NCBI GenBank assembly: GCA_012839865.1
Contig: DUMO01000063.1
Coordinates: 1-64,000, forward strand
Reading direction: 5' to 3'
Length of the DNA stretch: 64,000 bases
DNA from: Clostridiaceae bacterium
GTDB lineage: Bacteria; Bacillota; Clostridia; CAYPLH01; DUMO01
This document shows, one piece after another, positions 1 through 8,641 of the stretch. Below the pieces are notes generated by a model. That model saw nothing but the letters and a program-made list of their open reading frames with translations, was not told the DNA's origin and searched no databases. Numbering within the stretch: the stretch's first letter is position 1; each line of letters opens with the position of its first letter. Both the position numbers and the translations under genes were made by a program.

Positions 1-772
1 AATCCATCAATATGGGCTGGTTAAAGCTTGCGTTTCTTTTTCTTTTTTCTGAAAAATCAGTACTATAATAATACACGCCTACTTTTTGACCTACGTTAAG
101 CAATACTTCTCCTGACGGGTTTATAATCATGGATTGTCCGCCATACTTGCTGTCTTCTCCCATACTGTATGACGAGCGAACATAAAAAGCATTGGCATCT
201 ATAGCACGTGCGATTCCCTGCTTTATGATAACATCGGACAACTCCCCTCTCTGGTATGAGGAGTGTATGATAACATTAACATTCTCTGCTGCTATTCTCT
301 CGTAAAACTCCGAAAAATAGATATCAAAGCATGTAGTGAAGGCAAATTTAATGCCATCAATTTCATAAACGCTTATCGAGTCCCCGTTTTCAATGCCAAG
401 TACTTTCCTTTCATTTGCGGTCAAGTGTACCTTTTCATAAACATTTACAAGGTTGCCTTTTCTGTCATAAAGTAATGTAGAATTCTTGATTTTCTTATTT
501 TCTGTCCTTATGACACATGCAGAAATATACGTATTTTTTATTGCTGCATAATAGGATATCTTCTCAAGGAATTCATCAGCATTCCTTTGAATGAATTCCC
601 AGTCTTCAGATTTTAATGAAAGACCGGCAACATTTATGGATTCAGGAAGAACTACCAGGTCAGTACTCTTTTCAAGCTTATCCAATTTGTCAAAAACATA
701 TTTGATTGTTGCGTAAGATTCCTCAACCTTTCCGGTTTTAGGATATGCAGGCTGAACAATAGCTATCTTCAT
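1..772 (-). CDS. Carbon-nitrogen hydrolase (nitrilase superfamily) protein, 3'-partial (runs off the window start)
   Basis: Absent from the ORF track; translated by hand from ATG 772 (RBS AAGGGAG): MKIAIVQPAYP...DLVVLPES...NSTLLYDRKG...YEKVHL...FTTCFDIYFSE. The Glu-Lys-Cys triad motifs are present and the frame is open to base 1. Confidence 0.85.
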   Translation of the reverse strand, partial: MKIAIVQPAYPKTGKVEESYATIKYVFDKLDKLEKSTDLVVLPESINVAGLSLKSEDWEFIQRNADEFLEKISYYAAIKNTYISACVIRTENKKIKNSTLLYDRKGNLVNVYEKVHLTANERKVLGIENGDSISVYEIDGIKFAFTTCFDIYFSEFYERIAAENVNVIIHSSYQRGELSDVIIKQGIARAIDANAFYVRSSYSMGEDSKYGGQSMIINPSGEVLLNVGQKVGVYYYSTDFSEKRKRNASFNQPILMD

Positions 773-804
773 TATCAATCTCCCTTTTCTTAAAAAGGAT
801 TTAT

Positions 805-847
805 TTCCAATACTCCCCGGGATACAACCTCCCGGGAAGTGTTGGAA
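805..847 (-). other. Intergenic GC-rich stem-loop between the solute-binding protein and C-N hydrolase genes
   Basis: Imperfect inverted repeat ttccaatactccccggga / tcccgggaagtgttggaa with no clear U-tract. Confidence 0.55.
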
Positions 848-875
848 TTTTGCGTTTACTGCTTCATCTTTGCTT

Positions 876-2559
876 CTACTTCTTTGATTTGGCCATTACC
901 TCCAAATAAGATTTGTACATATTGTTCTTAACAGTTTCGTATTCTTTTAGACCCAATGCTTCCAATTCCTTGATGTATAAATCCCATTCGACATCAATAT
1001 CACTTACACCGGTTACCCATTCTGCCAGTTTCTGGTTTGCATAGCTGCTAAGATCTGGATAGTAATTATTGATTGTTTCAATTTCATCTGCGCTGAGAGC
1101 CATGGCTGCCGGGAATGTTTCTTTCGGGAAATAATCCTTTACCGCCCTGTAGCCATCAAATCGGGCTTTTTGGTAGGGAGTTTCAAAGTAATCGGGAGTC
1201 AGCCAGTTCATCATATCAATGTAATGGGGTTCAAGACAGATTGTATTTGCTCGTCTGAATTCGCTGTCCGTCATACCTTCCGGAGGCGGGATGATCCTAT
1301 ATTGTTTTTCGCCCACCTTTTCTACTACTACACCAAAAGATCCCCAGTAGACCTGAATTGAGTGGTCCGGGATATACAGTAAATCCAGCCAGCGTGCGCA
1401 AAGTTCAGGGTCCTTTGCATTGTCTGTAATGTTTCCTGCGTTGGTGGTATAGTCAGCACGGTCTTCGTTCCACAGTTGTATGCCTTCAGGTCCTTTAAGG
1501 GGAGGAAAAGGCGTATAATGCTCATCAAATCTTTCCTGTCCTACAATATTCGCTCCGGAAAAATCACAAAAAGCTCCGAGAAGCATATCCGGATTTTTAC
1601 CCTTTGCGATAAAGGCATTGCTGCTGATAGTAAATGCTTCCTGGTCCAGAAGCTTTTCCTGGTAAAGCTTTCTCAGCCATTTTACTGCATCCTTGTATTC
1701 AGGCAGGGCAGGTGAAAAATATACCACTCCGTCTCTGACACAGACAAATTGATTCCTTGGAGAAGCATCAACATTAAAGGGTGTCATCCAATGCCTGATA
1801 TCAGTGTAAATATACGGTTGGCATACACCTAAAGGTATTTCATCATTCGGGTCTCCGTTATTATTGAGGTCATTATCTCTGAAAAGTCTGAGAACCTCAA
1901 CAAATTCGTCAATGGTAGTGGGAATATCCTTTCCTACAGCCTTCAGCCATGTTTTGTTGATAATGGGAGCTGCATCATTTGTTCCACTTTTAATAATACG
2001 AGGTAAGCCATAGATGTGTCCGTCGGAGTTTGTGCATATAGCTCTCAATTCAGGGATTTCCTTGAGTACTATCTGGAAATTGGGCATTACAGTGTCAACA
2101 TAATCCTCCAGGGGCAGGAGATTTCCTGCAGCACCGTACTGTGCTACCTGGTTGACGCTGAAAACATTGGCCAATATATCCGGATAGTTGCCTGATGCCA
2201 TCATGGTGGCTTTAAATTGATTGTCACTGTAATCAACTAATGTCCATTCAATATGTACATTAGTCTGTTCCTCCAACCAAGCCCAAAAAGGTATTGTATT
2301 GGGGTCCTCGGGTGTCAGTGCATCACTCCAGGCAGCAACTCTGATTGTTACTTTTTCTTCAATCTCAACGGATTGATTGGCTCTAATTCGCCCGTCGTAA
2401 ACATTAGACTGATATGGCTCAAAAATACATCGATGATTACTTGTTTGCCTGCCGATTCAGCAACATTGCAGGTCTTTTGCACTGTGTTCTTTCAAAATAA
2501 CAAGACGATAAAAAACATAAATTTTGCTTTTGTTCCTGAATTTTTTTGGGAAATGACAT
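876..2559 (-). pseudogene. ABC transporter extracellular solute-binding protein (family 1, LplA-like, carbohydrate type) with disrupted 5' end
   Basis: ORF 876-2276 is SBP-like (LEEQTNVHIEW, SGNYPD, DGHIYGLP, INKTWLKAVG, DLNNNGDPNDEIP). Its frame stays open to about 2456 (KVTIRVAAWSDALTPEDPNTIPFWAWLEE), but the strong RBS/ATG at 2559 (AGGAGGTTAATG) is out of frame and no intact lipoprotein signal is readable in one frame. Confidence 0.6.
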
Positions 2560-2663
2560 TAACCTCCTTTTTCCGGGATCGTTTTCATAAATAAACTGAT
2601 TTACCGTTATTTATAGAGGTTATTAATATGAAAAATCTGCATAAATGATTTTGTTACGTATTA

Positions 2664-2692
2664 ATTATAAAACCAAATTTTTTAAAGTGCAA
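2664..2692 (-). promoter_or_regulatory. SigmaA-like promoter for the SBP/C-N hydrolase unit
   Basis: Minus strand TTGCAC-17 nt-TATAAT about 105 nt upstream of ATG 2559. Confidence 0.65.
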
Positions 2693-2709
2693 GTCTTTTT
2701 TTAAATTTC

Positions 2710-2726
2710 TTTTGCATTTTGCAAAA
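2710..2726. promoter_or_regulatory. Palindromic operator candidate (copy 1)
   Basis: TTTTGCA-TTT-TGCAAAA, a perfect 7-bp inverted repeat just upstream of the SBP promoter -35; 16/17 identical to the reverse complement of copy 2. Confidence 0.5.
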
Positions 2727-3155
2727 TTTATTTTATTTATTGGGATTTTTCTTTGATATCTTGTTATGATTTTTAGTTTTTCACATATAATTTGTAACTT
2801 ACCAGATGTTTTTAACAATTTCAAAATAATTTTTTACATTATATATATTGCGATTTATATAACGCAAAAATTTTAAATGTGACTATTACTTTTTCCGAGT
2901 ACAGTCCCCGAAGTCTCGCTTGCAAACATCATGCAACCTGTTCATGCCCGATCCCGCGCCCTGGTCCAGGACATAAAGCCTCATACCAAACGCCACAGGA
3001 GTATCTTAGGTCTTGAACTTTTGCTTTATTTTCAGATGTCTTCATCATGCATGCAAATATGAATATTGAAGGACATACAACAGAATACTCAGTGGGAAAA
3101 ACAAATTTTTTATTTTTCGATATATTTTTGGCTTTTTATTAATTTTTAATATTTT

Positions 3156-3186
3156 TTTTGTAAAATGCAAAATTCTATGATATATT
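3156..3186 (+). promoter_or_regulatory. SigmaA-like promoter of the deoR-family gene overlapped by palindromic operator copy 2
   Basis: TTGTAA-17 nt-TATATT with TG extended -10; TTTTGTA-AAA-TGCAAAA (3156-3172) covers the -35. Confidence 0.5.
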
Positions 3187-3344
3187 ATACTTAGCTAAAG
3201 ATGTAATAATTATATTTTTCAGGCTGAAATCCGACTTGCGGCATTAAGATACCAAAGTCATAAACTTTTATTTCATATATTTATAATTGTGTTATAATAT
3301 TTTCGATATTTTATATCTGTATAAAAATAATTTTGGAGGCTTAT

Positions 3345-4151
3345 ATGAGAGCAACACAAAGGCATGAGAAAATTTTAAAGATTTTGAAATTTCAAGACAG
3401 TGTTCGTACTTCTGAATTGGCACAAATCCTAGGGAAATCCACAGAAACAATCCGGAACGATCTGGAAGTCCTTGAAAAACGCGGATATCTCAGCAGGGTT
3501 CATGGAGGCGCTGTTTTGAAAAATAAAGATAATTATATTGGTGTTAATAATAATATTAATAATTTCCCTACATATATTTCATTTAATGAACGCTTTAAGC
3601 AAAATATCAGCAATAAGCATGCCATAGCCCTTGCTGCTGCCAATTTGGTTCAGGAAGGGCAAAGCATAGCTCTGGACTCCGGTACCACTTCCTTCGAGAC
3701 AGTGCTTGTACTACTGGAAAAATTCAATAACCTTACAATAGTCACCAACTCATTAAAAATTGCCTGTGAAGTATCAAAAAAACCCAGCCACACACTAATA
3801 ATGACAGGCGGTGTTTTTTCACAGAGTGAGTATTCATTTGTTTCAGATTTTGCATCTTTGATACTTGAAAAAATTAATGTTGACATAATGTTTCTGTCTC
3901 CCCATGCACTTTCAATTGAACATGGGGCAACCACCCAGCTGTTTAATGAAGCGGTTGTCAATAATAAAATGAGAAAAATTGCAAAAAAGCTAATTGTTCT
4001 TGCCGACAGTTCAAAATTTGAAAAAACTTCACTTATCAGATTATGCAACCTGTCGGATATTGACATTGTCGTTACCGATAGTAATCTTGACCAATCCATA
4101 ATCGAGAAATACCGCGATAACGGCTGCAATTTAATAGTATCTGAATTTTAA
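3345..4151 (+). CDS. DeoR/GlpR family transcriptional regulator
   Basis: N-terminal HTH (SELAQILGKSTETIRNDLEVLEKRGYLSRVHGGA) and DeoRC domain (IALDSGTT, IVTNSL, ADSSKF); GGAGG RBS before ATG 3345. Confidence 0.93.
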   Translation: MRATQRHEKILKILKFQDSVRTSELAQILGKSTETIRNDLEVLEKRGYLSRVHGGAVLKNKDNYIGVNNNINNFPTYISFNERFKQNISNKHAIALAAANLVQEGQSIALDSGTTSFETVLVLLEKFNNLTIVTNSLKIACEVSKKPSHTLIMTGGVFSQSEYSFVSDFASLILEKINVDIMFLSPHALSIEHGATTQLFNEAVVNNKMRKIAKKLIVLADSSKFEKTSLIRLCNLSDIDIVVTDSNLDQSIIEKYRDNGCNLIVSEF

Positions 4152-4186
4152 CAAATTCAGATACTATTAAATCAATATACCTTGAA

Positions 4187-5584
4187 TTATTGCAATTCAT
4201 TTACCACCTTTTTGAAAATATTGCCCCGCTCTTCAAAATTCTTAAACATATCAAAGCTTGAACTGGCTGGTGAAAGTATGACAATATCAGATTCTTCAGC
4301 CTTTGAAGCAGCCATATGTACAGCCTCATGCAGGGTTTCACACTTTATTACAGGCATTTCTCTTCCCTTTCCTGTGTTTCCGACAGCCTGAAGAACAGCC
4401 TGTTCAATTTTTGTTGCAGTCTGGCCGATTAATACAAGGCACTTCACCTTTTCCACTATCAGCTCTCCAAGTTCAGTATAATCCAGGTTCTTATCCTTTC
4501 CGCCTGCTATCAGTATTACCTTTTTATCAAAGGATTTCAATCCAGCCATTGTTCTAGTGGGACTTGAGCCTATGGAGTCGTTGAAGTACCTGATACCTTT
4601 GTGCTCCCTTACAAGTTCCATACGATGTTCAACACCGCTGAATTTCGAAGCAACCTCAAGAATCGGGGCAGGGGTTGCATATTCCATCACCGCTGCTGTC
4701 GCAGCAAGATAATTTTCGTGGTTGTGAACACCAGGAAGCAAAATATCGTGAGTATCCATTATTTCAGTTTCTTTTCCATCTTTCCTGAAAATCACCTTAT
4801 TGCCTCTTAAAAATGCACCTTCATCAACTTCCTTCAGCCTGCTGAAGAACAACACTTTTCCTTTTGCCTCACTAGCACATTTCCTTGAAATATCATTTTC
4901 ATGGTTGAGCACCAGCAAATCTTTGTCAGTCTGAAACTTAAAAATGTTCTTTTTTGCATCAACATATTCATCCATGCTTTTATGCATATCCAGGTGGTTG
5001 GGTGCTATGTTTGTTATTACCGCAATGTGCGGGCTGGCGGTCATTGTATGCAGCTGAAAACTGCTAAGTTCAAGAACAACCTTGTCCGATGATTCTATTT
5101 CATCTATACTGCTTAAAAGAGGCATGCCTATATTTCCTCCAAGCCAGCAGTTATAACCGGATGTCTTGAGTATGTTATATATAATTGTCGTAGTGGTTGT
5201 TTTCCCGTCGCTGCCAGTAACGGCAATTATCTCAGCAGGGCAAAGATCAAAAAACACTTCCATTTCAGAGGTAACTTCCGCCCCTTCCTCCCTGGCTCGT
5301 ACCAGTTCAGGAACATCATATCTCATCCCGGGTGTTTTGAAAATAATGTCGAAACCTGTTAGTTTGCTTAAGTAGCTCTCCCCAAGGCTGTACTTGATAT
5401 CAAGACCTTTAAGCTTGTAAAGCACATCCTCAAGCTTACTTTTATCAGCCTTGTCAAAGGCAGTCACATCAACCCCCAGCTCCGTAAGATATCTTATAAG
5501 CGGAGTATTGCTTATACCCATGCCTATAACTGCAACTTTCTTGTTTTTTATTCCTCTTTTAAAACGCTCCAGCTTTTTATTCAA
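4187..5584 (-). CDS. murD: UDP-N-acetylmuramoyl-L-alanine--D-glutamate ligase
   Basis: AVIGMGISN, VTGSDGKTTTT, GGNIG, VLELSSFQL, NIAPNHLD, GVEHRME, YFNDSIGSSP, LSPASSSFDMFKNFEERG; TTG start at 5584 after AAGGGGG. Confidence 0.96.
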   Translation of the reverse strand: MNKKLERFKRGIKNKKVAVIGMGISNTPLIRYLTELGVDVTAFDKADKSKLEDVLYKLKGLDIKYSLGESYLSKLTGFDIIFKTPGMRYDVPELVRAREEGAEVTSEMEVFFDLCPAEIIAVTGSDGKTTTTTIIYNILKTSGYNCWLGGNIGMPLLSSIDEIESSDKVVLELSSFQLHTMTASPHIAVITNIAPNHLDMHKSMDEYVDAKKNIFKFQTDKDLLVLNHENDISRKCASEAKGKVLFFSRLKEVDEGAFLRGNKVIFRKDGKETEIMDTHDILLPGVHNHENYLAATAAVMEYATPAPILEVASKFSGVEHRMELVREHKGIRYFNDSIGSSPTRTMAGLKSFDKKVILIAGGKDKNLDYTELGELIVEKVKCLVLIGQTATKIEQAVLQAVGNTGKGREMPVIKCETLHEAVHMAASKAEESDIVILSPASSSFDMFKNFEERGNIFKKVVNELQ

Positions 5585-5754
5585 ATTTATGCCCCCTTGA
5601 ATGATATATGCCTGCAGGCTTTGCAAACATGATTTAAAATTACTGATAATTAATTTATAATTTTCCTCTTGAATTTATTATATCTATGCTGTAAAATAGT
5701 TAATGCGTTTGATGAATTTGTTTCGGGTGTATAATCAGCACCTGAAATATTTTT

Positions 5755-5841
5755 GCGAGAATGGCGGAATTGGCAGACGCGCTAGATTCAGGTTCTAGTG
5801 GCCGCAAGGTTGTGCAGGTTCAAGTCCTGTTTCTCGCACCA
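5755..5841 (+). tRNA. tRNA-Leu, anticodon CAG
   Basis: GCGAGAA acceptor stem pairs with TTCTCGC; D-loop GGAATTGGCAGAC; CTAGA-TTCAGGT-TCTAG anticodon arm; long variable arm; GGTTCAAGTCC T-arm; encoded CCA. Confidence 0.97.
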
Positions 5842-5843
5842 GG

Positions 5844-5873
5844 GGTTTTCGGTTTATACCGAAAACCTTTTTT
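5844..5873 (+). terminator. Rho-independent terminator after tRNA-Leu
   Basis: GGTTTTCGGT-TTAT-ACCGAAAACC followed by a T-tract. Confidence 0.85.
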
Positions 5874-6007
5874 ATCTAAAAACTGATAGTTTCCATCATC
5901 ATCCAAAAAAATCTTCTTTATTTTCCCGGTGCACTCATATTATTTATATTTCCCTTGCCTTATGCCATTCCTTGTACAACACAGAGTTCCTTGTTCCCTG
6001 TTTTATG

Positions 6008-6682
6008 CTATTCTCTTATTTCAACTATTTCACCATTGTTCTTGACTATTCTTTTTTCAGGTATAACTCCCCTTACCGAAGTCAAAGGATATATTCTGCT
6101 TCCTCGTCCTATAATGGTACCTGGATTCACAACTGAATTGCAGCCTATTTCAACGCAGTCGCCTATCATTGCGCCAAACTTTCTCAAGCCGGTTTCCAGG
6201 CATAAGTCTTCCCTTACCCTTACCTTTACCGGTGTTTTGTCAGATTTTACATTTGAAAGTATTACTCCGGCACCAAAATGCGCTTTATATCCCAGAATGG
6301 AATCCCCTACATAGTTAAAATGAGGAACCTGAACTTTGTTGAATAGAATAGAGTTTTTAATTTCTGTGGAATTGCCTACGACAGAGTTGTTTCCAATAAT
6401 TACATTCCCTCTTAAATAAGCTGCATGTCTTATTTCACACTCAAAACCGATAATTGCAGGACCCTTTATAAATGCTGTCCTTTCCACAAAAGTTCCACGG
6501 CCGATCCAGATATCTTCTTCAACTCTGTCAAAATCCCTGCCCAAATTTTGTCCCAACTCAAGTATGAATTTCTGTATATCCCTAAGTGCTTCCCACGGGT
6601 ATTCTTTTCCATCAAAAATAGATCCGGCAATTGTTTCATTCAAATCAAAGAGATTGGTTACATTGATTTTTATTCCTTTCAT
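6008..6682 (-). CDS. Hexapeptide-repeat (left-handed beta-helix) acetyltransferase, GlmU C-terminal-like
   Basis: IKGPAIIGFECEIRHAAYLRGNVIIG, EIKNSIL, VPHFNYVGDSILG, HFGAGVILSN, KFGAMIGD, IGCNSVVNPGTIIG. Confidence 0.85.
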   Translation of the reverse strand: MKGIKINVTNLFDLNETIAGSIFDGKEYPWEALRDIQKFILELGQNLGRDFDRVEEDIWIGRGTFVERTAFIKGPAIIGFECEIRHAAYLRGNVIIGNNSVVGNSTEIKNSILFNKVQVPHFNYVGDSILGYKAHFGAGVILSNVKSDKTPVKVRVREDLCLETGLRKFGAMIGDCVEIGCNSVVNPGTIIGRGSRIYPLTSVRGVIPEKRIVKNNGEIVEIRE

Positions 6683-6845
6683 CTGCCTTCGCCCCCTGAA
6701 AATTACTTAGAAAAGTATATCACAAAACAGTTATTTCTCACAAGATGATTATATTTCATAACTGAAATGAGCTATCGGCCGTAAAATTCCTTATAGGAAC
6801 AATCTTTAAAACAACAACACCGGCAGGAATGGAGATTCTCAAACA

Positions 6846-6898
6846 AAATGAAATGTGTGCAAAACACAAATTGCTATGTTTATGCACACATTTCATTT
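6846..6898. terminator. Perfect 16-bp inverted repeat (probable terminator downstream of the HEAT gene)
   Basis: AAATGAAATGTGTGCA...TGCACACATTTCATTT; followed on the minus strand by TTTTGTTT. Confidence 0.55.
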
Positions 6899-7050
6899 GC
6901 ACAGCTCAAAATACCCCCAGCTGAATTATTTGCTTTTGCTTTCATGCAAGTCAATGCCTAAGTTGAATATCATAAATAGTAGCATCAAAACCAAATTACA
7001 GTATACTTCCCGCAATTCATGATTTTAGACCTCTGCCAAAGGCAATTCAA

Positions 7051-7395
7051 TCAGCCTAATCCATTTCTTATGGAATTCAGTGCATTTAAAGCTACTTCCT
7101 TAATTTTAGGATCGTTTTCGCTGTTGTAGATTCTTCTGATATGCTCTTCCGCATTTTTGGCTCTAAGCTTTCCCAAAGACTCTATAATATTAGCACGGAC
7201 TTCTGCATCCGGATCCCTCAGATAAGTAATTAAAATGTTTGCTACATCCAGATTTTTTACATTCCCCAATGCTTTTGCCGCTTCCGCACGGTATTTTGGA
7301 TTTCCTCCATTGGTCAGAATCTTTATTAATTTATCTTTCTTGCCCTTTTCTCCCCACTTTTTGATTTTTTCAGTTTTATCTCCGAAAAACAACAT
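7051..7395 (-). CDS. Small HEAT-repeat (PBS-lyase-like) protein
   Basis: RAEAAKALGNV, LRDPDAEVRANIIESLGKL, DPKIKEVALNAL; RBS AGAAGGAG. Confidence 0.85.
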   Translation of the reverse strand: MLFFGDKTEKIKKWGEKGKKDKLIKILTNGGNPKYRAEAAKALGNVKNLDVANILITYLRDPDAEVRANIIESLGKLRAKNAEEHIRRIYNSENDPKIKEVALNALNSIRNGLG

Positions 7396-7615
7396 AATTA
7401 CTTCACTCCTTCTGCTTTTTTATTGCTTTGTTTTTGCGAAAAGTACGTTGAACAAAAAATCTTCAAAATATAATTCATACAGAGAACAACTGATGCTATA
7501 TATATTTTGCCTGAAGTTCAACCTATATACTTTCTTGTGCATTATATCTAAACCGCTTTACGGGGGTGCTGTCTCTTTCTTATACAAGTTTTACTGTCAA
7601 TATCAAACCTTGCAT

Positions 7616-8641
7616 TTATCGCTTGGCATATATGTTTTTGTATTCCAGCTTGATTTCGTACCGGCAAAGATTCTTCCAATCCTCTTGCGGTATTTCATCA
7701 AAGTATATACTAAATGGGCACTTTTCTTTGCTTTCCAGTTTTTGTGCAGCCTCCACACTCTTTTCATATTGGCACATTCCTGCCCTGTCAAATATTCTGA
7801 TGTTTATTGAAAGGTTTTCTACAGGTCTTTTCCCGGTGTTTAAAAGTTTCCCCTCAAAAACAATAATTTCTTTTTCATTAACCTCCTGAACCACATATTT
7901 TACATTAACTATCTGAACTTTTGTCTTGGGTGTCTTTATTATGCAATCCAGGAAAATTTTATTATTCTCGTCGTTATTATCCTCAACCAGCAACTCTCTT
8001 TCAGTTTTTTTCAACTCATTAATAAAATCATGCACCATTGGCAGAAACTTTTCAAATCCAATAAGTGTTACTCCTATTTCCCCTGATTCTTCAACAGCGT
8101 CCTTATCAAAGGATGTGCTGGAAAATAAAATAGCCTTCTCACAATGAAAATCGTTGGCAATATATCTGGCCTGCCTTACAAACTTAACTCCGACATTGCA
8201 TCCCTTGTCGGCTTTAACAGCAAAAACCGCCACCTTTATATTGCTGCGGTGCACTATAAAGTCTACTGCATCTTTTTTAATCAGGGGTACATATAATTCT
8301 TCATAACCAAAGTGCAACACCACTTTTTTCACCAGGGATTTGAATTCCAACTCTTCAAGTTCGTCTATGTTAAATTCCCTTGAATTTTTATATGCATCCC
8401 GGATTCTTCCAATAATTATGGAATCAATGTATTTGGACAGGTTCTCCCTGGACCTGGCCTGCCTGACCTCTTTGTCTATATCAAACCGGCTTCTTAAGTC
8501 ATTCAATATCCTTTCCGACTTTCTTTCAGAACAGGGCTTGCGCAGATATCTTTCAATACTTCGTTTAATGCTTCTTTCGTCCGGGTTTTCTTTTTTTAAA
8601 TACACTTCAAGCACTTTGTCTTTCAGCGTTAAAGTTTTCAT
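7616..8641 (-). CDS. Mrr-like restriction endonuclease-fold protein with C-terminal FxLYD-type domain
   Basis: EFKSLVKKVVLHFGY...AVDFIV...VAVFAVK...VGVKFVRQ...KAILFSSTSFDKDA...VTLIG fits the Mrr_cat pattern; FEGKLLNTGKRPVENLSINIRIFDRAG...LESKEKCPF fits FxLYD. ATG directly abuts the upstream stop. Confidence 0.7.
   Translation of the reverse strand: MKTLTLKDKVLEVYLKKENPDERSIKRSIERYLRKPCSERKSERILNDLRSRFDIDKEVRQARSRENLSKYIDSIIIGRIRDAYKNSREFNIDELEELEFKSLVKKVVLHFGYEELYVPLIKKDAVDFIVHRSNIKVAVFAVKADKGCNVGVKFVRQARYIANDFHCEKAILFSSTSFDKDAVEESGEIGVTLIGFEKFLPMVHDFINELKKTERELLVEDNNDENNKIFLDCIIKTPKTKVQIVNVKYVVQEVNEKEIIVFEGKLLNTGKRPVENLSINIRIFDRAGMCQYEKSVEAAQKLESKEKCPFSIYFDEIPQEDWKNLCRYEIKLEYKNIYAKR

Noticed and set aside
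263..475. 70-aa plus-strand ORF
   Set aside because: Antisense shadow of the C-N hydrolase gene, which has clear family motifs.
7603..7791. 62-aa minus-strand ORF overlapping the end of the Mrr-like gene
   Set aside because: Alternative frame within a longer gene, with no RBS or motif.
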